Shown here piece by piece: positions 15,672 to 23,483 of a stretch of 64,000 bases of DNA. The translations under genes and the position numbers were made by a program. Each line of letters begins with the position of its first letter. Position 1 is the first letter of the stretch. This DNA is from Eubacterium sp. (lineage in GTDB: Bacteria; Bacillota; Clostridia; Christensenellales; CAG-314): the NCBI GenBank assembly GCA_963653425.1, contig CAVJWC010000001.1:55596-119595 (forward strand), read 5' to 3'. The notes beneath the pieces are model-generated. The model made no database searches, was not told the origin of the DNA, and saw nothing but the letters and a program-made list of their open reading frames with translations.

Positions 15672-16523
15672 TCAGCTATTGTTTTCCTGTTCAGAAGAGT
15701 CGCTTTCCGCGTCGTCTTTCTTCTTTTTACGCTTCTTGTTTTTGACGTGGTCGCCTTCGAGAAGAAGCTTGTCCGCAAGGAGAGCGATGAATTCGCCGTT
15801 AGTCGGTTTTTCGTTTGCCGAATAGACTTTAACTCCGAAAAGAGAATTTATGTTTTCTATCTTACCGCGATTCCAGGCAACTTCGATTGCGTGACGAATG
15901 GCGCGTTCCACTTTACTGCTCGAAGTTTCGAAATCTTCGGCTATCGACGGGTAAAGCTCTTTGGTTATGTTGTTGATAATAGGCGGGTTTTCGACGGCTA
16001 ATTTTATCCCTGCCCGCAGGTAATGATACCCTTTTATGTGCGCGGGAATTCCGACGCTTATAAATACCGACGTTATTCTTTCGTCGATGGAACGGTTCCT
16101 GTATCTGAAAGAATTTTCCGCGCTTGCCGTGGTTATGGGAGAGGGCGGACTGGTGCGGAAGGAAGGTCCCTGAATTTTTTCGAGAATAACCGACGGATGA
16201 CAGGGTTTTATGAAGCAATATTCCGCGCCCGAAGCAAAGGCTTCCGAAATAATTTTACCCGCGCTTAAAGATGTGAGAACGTAAAACGACGGAGCAATTT
16301 CCTGTAAATCACTGCTTTTGCGGATAAAAGTTATTCCGTCCATCACGGGAAGAATAAGATCGGTTATAACTACGTCGATATGCTGTCTGGACATAAAATC
16401 CAACGCGGCTTGCCCGTCGCTTACGCAGTCTACGGAAGAAAAATATTCCGAACCTGACATATAATCTACGAGCTGAGTTGTTTCCGGACTGTTTTCCTGG
16501 ATTACCAAAAGGGTAGGCTTCAT
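15672..16523 (-). CDS. spo0A: sporulation master regulator Spo0A
   Basis: 283 aa. Receiver domain (VVITDLILPVMDG, IKP) plus the Spo0A-specific C-domain (GIPAHIKGYHYLRAGIKLAV...SKVERAIRHAIEVAW). RBS AAGGAGA. Confidence 0.95.
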   Translation of the reverse strand: MKPTLLVIQENSPETTQLVDYMSGSEYFSSVDCVSDGQAALDFMSRQHIDVVITDLILPVMDGITFIRKSSDLQEIAPSFYVLTSLSAGKIISEAFASGAEYCFIKPCHPSVILEKIQGPSFRTSPPSPITTASAENSFRYRNRSIDERITSVFISVGIPAHIKGYHYLRAGIKLAVENPPIINNITKELYPSIAEDFETSSSKVERAIRHAIEVAWNRGKIENINSLFGVKVYSANEKPTNGEFIALLADKLLLEGDHVKNKKRKKKKDDAESDSSEQENNS

Positions 16524-16748
16524 GAAGCATTCTCCTTGAATAAATATTTTATTTTCACGGATTGTAAAAATCCGTTGAATTTATATTAAAAATATTTTTA
16601 TCGGGTTTCTTTCGAGCTTTTATCTGTATTTTTAATTCGTAAAAATGTCTTTTTTCTCTTGACGCGATTATAATAACACATCTGATTTCAAAATGCAAGC
16701 ATTTTTACAAAATATTTTTGTCTTTTTAACACTTAATTTGGCGTAATT

Positions 16749-16755
16749 TGTCGAA
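16749..16755 (+). promoter_or_regulatory. perfect 0A box (TGTCGAA)
   Basis: Exact match to the Spo0A-binding heptamer, embedded in the 11-mer TTTGTCGAAAA that recurs 101 bp downstream. Lies in the spo0A-glmM divergent region. Confidence 0.4.
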
Positions 16756-16849
16756 AAAATGTTTTTGACCGAAAAGCTTAGAAATCCTCGGCGAAAAATC
16801 CTTGTAAAACGCCGAATGACCTGCTTAAAAAAACGAATAAGAGTTTGTT

Positions 16850-16856
16850 TGTCGAA
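16850..16856 (+). promoter_or_regulatory. perfect 0A box (TGTCGAA)
   Basis: Second exact TGTCGAA within the same 11-mer TTTGTCGAAAA, 66 bp upstream of the glmM ATG. Confidence 0.4.
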
Positions 16857-16921
16857 AAGCTTGCTGTGACCGAATAAAAATCTTCGGCATATTATGAAAC
16901 ACGCATTCAAGGAGCAGAAAA

Positions 16922-18202
16922 ATGAAATTATTCGGAACGGACGGAATCAGGTTTATTTATTCGCAGAAGGAAAACGCGACGGCTTACTCTCTCGGATACG
17001 CGCTTGCGACTCTTGCGCCCGTGAAGTCGCCCGTTATCGTAGTCGGACGGGACACGCGGCAGAGCGGTAACGATTTGTCGTCGGCTTTCATGGGAGGCGT
17101 TGCTGACGGCGGAGCAACTCCCGTAAACGTCGGAATTCTGCCTACCGACGCGGTTTCTTTCTTCGTGAGGTCTTTGGGAGCCGATTGGGGCGTAATGATT
17201 TCCGCCAGTCACAATTCTCCCGAATATAACGGTCTGAAAGTCTTTGACGGCAGAGGATTCAAGGCGGACGAAAGAACGTGTGCGGTTATAGAAAAGGTGA
17301 TGAGTAAGAACCGATACTGCGTTTTTCCCGAGATTTCCGTAAAAGAAGTCAAAAACGCCCGAAAAATCTACGTTGAACGCCTTTTAAGCAAAGCTTCGCG
17401 CCTTGACGGATTGAAAATTCTTATCGACTGCGCGCACGGAAGCGCGTCGGGTATTTCGGGGGAAGTTTTTGAGAAGGTCGGAGCCGAAGTTACCGTGGCG
17501 AACGGCGACGGAAACGGAAACTTAATAAACGACGGATGCGGAGCAGCCTGTCCAGAAAGCGCAGACGGGCTTTCTGTTAACGATTCCGATCTTACCTTTC
17601 TTTACGACGGAGACGCAGACAGACTCGTCGTTTTCGAAAAAGAAAGACTGCTTGGAGGCGACAGGCTTTTTTATATTTTTGCTAAATATCTTCAGGAAAA
17701 AGAAAAACTCGGAGACAAAGCCGTAGGAACGATTCTTACCAACGGCGGAGTGGAAAGGGCATTGAACGCGCACGGTATTTCTCTTATAAGAAGCAAAGTC
17801 GGCGACGGAAACGTTCATAGGCTTATGAGAAAAACGAAAAGTCTTTTCGGCGGAGAAAACAGCGGACATTTTATGAATTTTCATTTGACTAAGACTTCGG
17901 ACGCTATCGCGAATTCGCTTTTTCTTGTGCAGATCAAAAAAGAAAAAGGAAGTCTTTTTAGTTATTCCGAAGAGCTTTTCGAGTTCCCGAGCGTGTCGGT
18001 AAACCTTCCCGTTACGGAAGGTTCTTCCCTTTCGGTCAGTCGGCTCAAAGAAAAAAGTCTGAGACTTTATCCCGAGGTAAAAACCGTTATCAGAATGAGC
18101 GGAACCGAACCGCTTTTAAGAATTTACGCCGAGAGCGAAAGGTTACGAAAAGACGAGCTGGAAGAGATATGCCTGAGATTAAGAGAAGAGGCAAAGGAGT
18201 AG
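16922..18202 (+). CDS. glmM: phosphoglucosamine mutase
   Basis: 426 aa, active-site loop ISASHNSPEYNGLKVF, immediately upstream of glmS. RBS AAGGAG. Confidence 0.85.
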   Translation: MKLFGTDGIRFIYSQKENATAYSLGYALATLAPVKSPVIVVGRDTRQSGNDLSSAFMGGVADGGATPVNVGILPTDAVSFFVRSLGADWGVMISASHNSPEYNGLKVFDGRGFKADERTCAVIEKVMSKNRYCVFPEISVKEVKNARKIYVERLLSKASRLDGLKILIDCAHGSASGISGEVFEKVGAEVTVANGDGNGNLINDGCGAACPESADGLSVNDSDLTFLYDGDADRLVVFEKERLLGGDRLFYIFAKYLQEKEKLGDKAVGTILTNGGVERALNAHGISLIRSKVGDGNVHRLMRKTKSLFGGENSGHFMNFHLTKTSDAIANSLFLVQIKKEKGSLFSYSEELFEFPSVSVNLPVTEGSSLSVSRLKEKSLRLYPEVKTVIRMSGTEPLLRIYAESERLRKDELEEICLRLREEAKE

Positions 18203-18205
18203 AAT

Positions 18206-19999
18206 ATGTGCGGAATTTACGGATATACGGGTAAAAACGACGCGACGGGAATTCTTCTCGGCGGACTTAAAAGGTTGGAGTATCGCGGATACGATTCGGC
18301 GGGAATAGCCCTTTCGGACAGCGAAATCAAAACGGTTAAAGCCGTAGGCAGAGTTTCCTGCCTCGAAGAGAAACTTACGGAAAGTCCTTTATACGGAGCA
18401 ACCTGCGGAATAGGACATACCCGTTGGGCGACGCACGGAGCTGTCACCGAAGAGAACTGCCATCCGCATATTTCTTTCGACGGAAAAATCGCTCTCGTCC
18501 ACAACGGAACGATTGAAAACTGGCGCGAAATAAAAGCCTTTCTTCTGAGAAAAGGAATTATTCCTTCGGGCGACACCGACAGCGAACTTCTTGCTCATCT
18601 GATTGCCGTTGAATACGAAAAAGACAATCTTCTGGAAGCCGTCCGCAAGACTCTTACAAAAGTAAAAGGTTCGTACGCTCTTGCCGTTATTGCAAAGGGA
18701 GAACGCGAGATAGTTGCCGCAAGGAAGAATTCGCCTCTTATCGTAGGAAGAAAAAGCGACGGAACCTATCTTTCCAGCGATATACCTGCTTTATACGGTT
18801 GCGACGAAGTTTATATAATGGAAGAAAACGACATTGCCGTGCTTTACGAAGGGGGCGCGCTCTTTTATAACGGCGGTAAAAACGTTATAAGAAAGAGCGA
18901 AGTTCCCGTAGGACTTAACGAAGAGAACGGCTTGGCGGGACACGAATATTATATGCACAAGGAGATATACGATATTCCCAAAGCCGTTTCGGACACCTAC
19001 CGTTCGCTTATATCCGAAGAAGAAAAGATAGAAAGAATATGCCGTTCCGTAGAGCAGTGCGACGAGATTTTGTTTATAGGGTGCGGAACGGCTTATCACG
19101 CGGGAGCGGTGGCTTCTTATCTTTTCGGAAAACGTCTCGGAAAGCGCACGGGAAGTATTCTTGCGAGCGAATTTATCTATTTTACGCCCAATATAGGAAG
19201 AAACACGCTTTGTTTTTTCGTTTCGCAAAGCGGAGAAACCGCGGATACGCTTAAAGCCCTGAAGATAGCGCGCGACGCAGGCGCAAAAACCGTAGCCGTC
19301 ACCAACGTCCGTTACAGTTCGATTTGTTCTTCGGGCGGAATCGATATATACACCTTGGCGGGAAGAGAAGTCGCCGTGGCTTCGACCAAGGCGTACAGCG
19401 CGCAACTTACCGTGTTTTTTGCGGTGCTTCAGAGATTGCTCTTAAAAAGAAAGGGTAAAACCGATATAAAGAATTACGACGCGATAATCCAAACGGAAAT
19501 GAGACTGAGACTTACCGTTGCTCAGGCAGACGAAGAAATGCGGAAGTTTTCGCGCAACTTTTCTCAGAACGAAAACGTGTTTATGATAGGCAGAGGAACC
19601 GATTATATAACGGCTTGCGAAGGCGCGTTAAAGATGAAGGAAATTTCTCTCATTCCCTGTCAGGCGTTACCTGCAGGCGAACTCAAACACGGAACGCTTT
19701 CCCTTATAGACGAAGGCGTAAAAGTCATAGCAATAGTCACGCAGAAAGCAATAAGAGACAAAATGCCTCTTGCCATAGCCGAAACCAAAGCGCGTGGCGC
19801 GGAAGTAACGGTTATTTCGCAATTTAAGGAGCTTTCCGAAATATCGGACAGGTTTATAGAGCTTCCCTGCGTTACGGAAGAAACGATGCCCGTCTTTTCC
19901 ATAATCCCCCTTCAACTGCTTGCCTTTCATTCGGCTGTTTTTCTCGGACATTCGCCCGACAAACCCAGAAATCTCGCCAAATCCGTTACCGTGGAGTAA
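18206..19999 (+). CDS. glmS: glutamine--fructose-6-phosphate aminotransferase
   Basis: 597 aa, N-terminal MCGI (catalytic Cys2), two SIS domains, C-terminal ...KPRNLAKSVTVE. Confidence 0.95.
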   Translation: MCGIYGYTGKNDATGILLGGLKRLEYRGYDSAGIALSDSEIKTVKAVGRVSCLEEKLTESPLYGATCGIGHTRWATHGAVTEENCHPHISFDGKIALVHNGTIENWREIKAFLLRKGIIPSGDTDSELLAHLIAVEYEKDNLLEAVRKTLTKVKGSYALAVIAKGEREIVAARKNSPLIVGRKSDGTYLSSDIPALYGCDEVYIMEENDIAVLYEGGALFYNGGKNVIRKSEVPVGLNEENGLAGHEYYMHKEIYDIPKAVSDTYRSLISEEEKIERICRSVEQCDEILFIGCGTAYHAGAVASYLFGKRLGKRTGSILASEFIYFTPNIGRNTLCFFVSQSGETADTLKALKIARDAGAKTVAVTNVRYSSICSSGGIDIYTLAGREVAVASTKAYSAQLTVFFAVLQRLLLKRKGKTDIKNYDAIIQTEMRLRLTVAQADEEMRKFSRNFSQNENVFMIGRGTDYITACEGALKMKEISLIPCQALPAGELKHGTLSLIDEGVKVIAIVTQKAIRDKMPLAIAETKARGAEVTVISQFKELSEISDRFIELPCVTEETMPVFSIIPLQLLAFHSAVFLGHSPDKPRNLAKSVTVE

Positions 20000-20063
20000 A
20001 GAAGCGGAGAAGCGAATGAACCCGTTTATCTTTGTAAAACGATTCGTTATAAAGAAGAACGCA

Positions 20064-20110
20064 TAAAAAACGAGGTTTTCCCGAAAAGGAAAGCCTCGTT
20101 TCGTTTGTGG
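20064..20110. terminator. bidirectional intrinsic terminator (glmS / MATE)
   Basis: aaaaaACGAGGTTTTCCcgaaaaGGAAAGCCTCGTttcgttt between converging genes. Confidence 0.75.
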
Positions 20111-20116
20111 TTTATT

Positions 20117-21481
20117 TTATTTAAGACCGCCTTCGTCGAGAAGTTTGTCCCACTTAACGGCTTTGTAGAAGATAACCGAAACGATCGTTCCGATTGCCCA
20201 GCCTATAGGCCAAGCCATCCAGATTCCTACGTAGCCGAGAGCGGTCCGGGACAGGAAATAAGCCAGAACGACTCTTAAAAGAAGGTCTGAGAAGGTCGAA
20301 ATCATAAACTGCTTCATCTTTCTCGCGCCTCTTAAAATCGCGTCGGAAATCATCTTTACCGCAACTACGGTGTAGAACGGAGCGACTATTTTAAGGAAGG
20401 AACTTGCGCTTGCGATAGCTTCCTGCGAAGGATTGGTCAGGAAGATTTCGGGAAGCAGGCTCGACAGGAAGAAGTAGAGCAGGGACGCGGGAACGGTTAT
20501 GCATACGATAATTTTGAAGGACGCAAGGAAACCTCCGCGCGTTCTTTCGATTTCGCCTGCGCCGATGTTTTGTCCGGCGTAATTGGAAATACCGTTGCTG
20601 AACGTCGAAACGGACGTTATGATAAAGTTGTTGAGCTTGGTTGCCGCGGAGAATCCTGCCGTTACCGCAACCGAGAAGGTGTTTACGATACCCTGTATAA
20701 CGAGGTTTCCGATGGATATAAAGCTTTGCTGAAGCATACTCGGAATTGCGACCACCGAAATGTGTCCGAGGATTTTCCAGGAAAAGGCTTTTGCTTTGGA
20801 ATCGGTGTGAATCTTATTAAGACGTTTGAAAATGAATACCATTGCGAGAACGCAACTTACGCCCTGACAGATGAAGGTTGCCCAGGCAAGACCGTCTACG
20901 CCCATTCCGAGAACGGTTACCGCGAAAATATCGCCGGCTATGTTTGCCGTGGAGGAACACGCAAGGAACCAGAAAGGAGTTTTCGAATCGCCGAAAGCCG
21001 CAAAAACGCCGGTGGCTATATTATAGAAGAAAACGAAAGGAAGTCCCCAGATGTAGATGTCGAGGTAGGTTTTGGAGTCGGCAAAGATTGCTTCCTGAGT
21101 ATTTATAAGATGCAGAAGCGACTCGCAGAAGAGCGTTCCGAGAACCACGAGAAGCAGACAGATGAAACCGCCCGCGATAAACGACGTGTAAATGGTCGTT
21201 TTCATATCGTCGTATCTTTTCGCGCCGAAATAGTTTGAAACGATTACCGAACAGCCGATGTTGCAACCGAAGGCTATTGCTATGAATATAAGGGTGATTT
21301 CGTAGCTGTTTCCTACCGCGGCAAGAGCGTTTTCACCCAAGAATTGACCTGCCGTAAAAGTGTCGGCTATGTTATAGAGTTGCTGGAAAATAACGCTGCC
21401 GAAAAGCGGAAGACAGTATTTCAGCAAGACGGTTGAAGGATTGCCCGTGGTAAGGTCTACTGTGGCGCGTTCCTTTTTCAT
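20117..21481 (-). CDS. MATE family efflux transporter
   Basis: About 12 TM, N-terminus ...LLKYCLPLFGSVIFQQLYNIADT is typical of MATE. The ORF-track start at 21604 is rejected. The ATG at 21481 (MKKERATV...) has AAGGAGGG upstream. Confidence 0.88.
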   Translation of the reverse strand: MKKERATVDLTTGNPSTVLLKYCLPLFGSVIFQQLYNIADTFTAGQFLGENALAAVGNSYEITLIFIAIAFGCNIGCSVIVSNYFGAKRYDDMKTTIYTSFIAGGFICLLLVVLGTLFCESLLHLINTQEAIFADSKTYLDIYIWGLPFVFFYNIATGVFAAFGDSKTPFWFLACSSTANIAGDIFAVTVLGMGVDGLAWATFICQGVSCVLAMVFIFKRLNKIHTDSKAKAFSWKILGHISVVAIPSMLQQSFISIGNLVIQGIVNTFSVAVTAGFSAATKLNNFIITSVSTFSNGISNYAGQNIGAGEIERTRGGFLASFKIIVCITVPASLLYFFLSSLLPEIFLTNPSQEAIASASSFLKIVAPFYTVVAVKMISDAILRGARKMKQFMISTFSDLLLRVVLAYFLSRTALGYVGIWMAWPIGWAIGTIVSVIFYKAVKWDKLLDEGGLK

Positions 21482-21727
21482 AAATACCCTCCTTATACGG
21501 AAAAATACCGATATTTTCGGAATTCCTTTTTTTGCGTCCGATATATTATCATTTTTAACGGTAAATGTAAAGCGATATACAACGCGAAAGCGAAAATTCC
21601 GCAAAGAAAAAGTGCTTATGCGTTACAGTTTCAATTTTTCGATATATCGATAAAATATTGTAATAAAGCAGTGATTTATATCTTTTCGTAAAATGAAAAA
21701 CATTACGGACAGCCAGTACAAAAACGA

Positions 21728-21756
21728 TTGACATCTTTGTGAAAAAACGATATACT
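21728..21756 (+). promoter_or_regulatory. sigmaA-type promoter for the second MATE gene
   Basis: TTGACA (21728-21733), 17 nt spacer, TATACT (21751-21756). Confidence 0.55.
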
Positions 21757-21808
21757 CAACTGAGTTGCCCGAAAATAGTTTTTTCGGCGCGTAAAGGGGA
21801 AACCAAAG

Positions 21809-23236
21809 ATGAGTAAGTTAAAGAGGTTTATAGGAGACAAAGCGTTTTACAAGCAGGTGGCTAAGATTATTCTGCCGATAATGATTCAACAGCTTACCCT
21901 GTCGCTTGCGGGATATATCGATTCTCTTATGATAAATTCCTACGGAGGAGTAGGCGATCCTTCGGCGTATAACGGCGTAAGCGCGGCGAACAAGCTTATG
22001 TTCGTGCTTAATTTCACCTGGATTGCGGCGGCTTCGGTTGCGAGTATCTTCATAGCTCAGTTCTTCGGCGCGAAAAACACCAGGAAGATAAACGAATCGG
22101 TGCGTCTTTCCGTTTATATAGCGGTAATAATGGGTATTATCGCATTCTTTATTATAGAATTCGCGGGCGACAGAGTCGTGGATATGTTTATTCAGGACGC
22201 CTCGGGAAGAAACTACGGTTACAGATACCTCGATTACATAAAGTGGGCAACCGTCGTTACGGCTGTCGGTATAGCTCTTTCCAACGCGTTCAGGTCGGTC
22301 GAGTTGACGGCAATGCCTTTGGTTGCGGCAATTTCGGGTATCGGCGTAAACATCTTCTTTAACTACTGTTACATCTTCGGTAATTTCGGATTTCCCGAAA
22401 TGGACGCTGCGGGCGCGGCTCTTGCAACTTTCATTTCGAGAATAGTGGAAGTCATCATTCTCTTTATGATGGTTTTCTTCTCAAAGAAATCGCCCTTCAA
22501 GGGAGTTTTCTCCGAGCTTAAAGTATCGGAAAAACTTATAAAAAGCTTCGTAAAACGCGGTGCGCCTTTGCTTCTCAACGAAACGCTCTGGGCGACTTCT
22601 TCCGTGCTTTTCGCTATGTTTTACGCCTGGAAGAACGACGTATGGTATAACGCTTACGCTTACTCGCAGAATATAACCGACCTCTTCTTTATAATGTTCG
22701 CAGGTCTCGGTAACGGAACGGCGGTTATAGTAGGCGCAAATCTCGGCGCGGGCAAATTCGAAGAAGCCCGTATAAGCGCGGACAGAATGAAAGGACTTGC
22801 CGTAGTCCTCGGCGTAACCTTGGGCGTTCTGATGTTTTTGACGTCGCCTTATATAGCGGATTTATTCCAACCCTCAGAAGAAGTCAAGAAGATGACGATA
22901 GACGTCGTGGATATAACCGCGATATTCCTTGCGATATACGCCTATAACGCTACCTGCTTCTACATTTTAAGAGCGGGCGGAGACAGCGTAAGAGCTTTCA
23001 TTCTCGACCAGTTGCCGTCCTACGTTATAAGTATGCCTCTTGCCGCTATTTTCGGAATCAACGCCAAAGCGTGGGGACTTAACCTTGCTCAGGTATTCCT
23101 TATCGCGCACATATGCGATATAGTCAAACTTTTCGTGGCTACGATTTTCGTAAAGAAAGAAAAATGGGTGGTAAACCTTACCGTAGGCAACGAAACCGAA
23201 AGCGAAATAGAAAAGCTTCTCGAAGAAGAGGCGTAA
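21809..23236 (+). CDS. MATE family efflux transporter
   Basis: 475 aa, polytopic, MATE-like N-terminus (ILPIMIQQLTLSLAGYIDSLMI). Divergent from the first MATE gene. Confidence 0.88.
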   Translation: MSKLKRFIGDKAFYKQVAKIILPIMIQQLTLSLAGYIDSLMINSYGGVGDPSAYNGVSAANKLMFVLNFTWIAAASVASIFIAQFFGAKNTRKINESVRLSVYIAVIMGIIAFFIIEFAGDRVVDMFIQDASGRNYGYRYLDYIKWATVVTAVGIALSNAFRSVELTAMPLVAAISGIGVNIFFNYCYIFGNFGFPEMDAAGAALATFISRIVEVIILFMMVFFSKKSPFKGVFSELKVSEKLIKSFVKRGAPLLLNETLWATSSVLFAMFYAWKNDVWYNAYAYSQNITDLFFIMFAGLGNGTAVIVGANLGAGKFEEARISADRMKGLAVVLGVTLGVLMFLTSPYIADLFQPSEEVKKMTIDVVDITAIFLAIYAYNATCFYILRAGGDSVRAFILDQLPSYVISMPLAAIFGINAKAWGLNLAQVFLIAHICDIVKLFVATIFVKKEKWVVNLTVGNETESEIEKLLEEEA

Positions 23237-23326
23237 TCCTTTATTCAGAGACGCGTTTTTGTCGAATTAAAACGACTCGGCAGTCCGTTATAAAGACCGT
23301 CGCGTCTTATATAAGAACCCTAATTA

Positions 23327-23358
23327 ACCCCCGACGTGAAAGAGCGTCGGGGTTTTTA
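23327..23358 (+). terminator. intrinsic terminator
   Basis: ACCCCCGACG-tgaaagag-CGTCGGGGT followed by TTTTTAT. Confidence 0.8.
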
Positions 23359-23407
23359 TATCCAATTGGTATTTTTGAAGCGATTTGTAAGTAATATTTG
23401 ACATTTT

Positions 23408-23436
23408 CGCATAATCGTTGTATAATCGTAGGTAAA
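23408..23436 (+). promoter_or_regulatory. consensus sigmaA promoter for the phosphohexomutase gene
   Basis: TTGACA (23408-23413), 17 nt spacer, TATAAT (23431-23436). Confidence 0.7.
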
Positions 23437-23483
23437 CGAGAACGCTCGGATTTTCGATAATTTAAGAAACGGGAGGCTATTTT

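Noticed and set aside
16524-16921. A glmS ribozyme or other known riboswitch upstream of glmM. Also the 80-aa minus-strand ORF at 16668-16910.
   Set aside because: The sequence is AT-rich and lacks the conserved GC-rich ribozyme core as far as I can judge by eye. The ORF is low-complexity (K/F/I/R), has no RBS, and spans the region that holds the 0A boxes and promoters.
20117-21604. The long form of the first MATE ORF (495 aa, start 21604), and the long forms of spoVAD (56303), spoIVB (43242), the MFS gene (38619), the phosphatase gene (51688) and the PAP2 gene (1299).
   Set aside because: The extensions are Arg- and Phe-rich or start at non-ATG codons. They run through terminator hairpins or promoters, or overlap the preceding gene out of frame. 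Internal ATGs with good Shine-Dalgarno sequences give N-termini that match the families.
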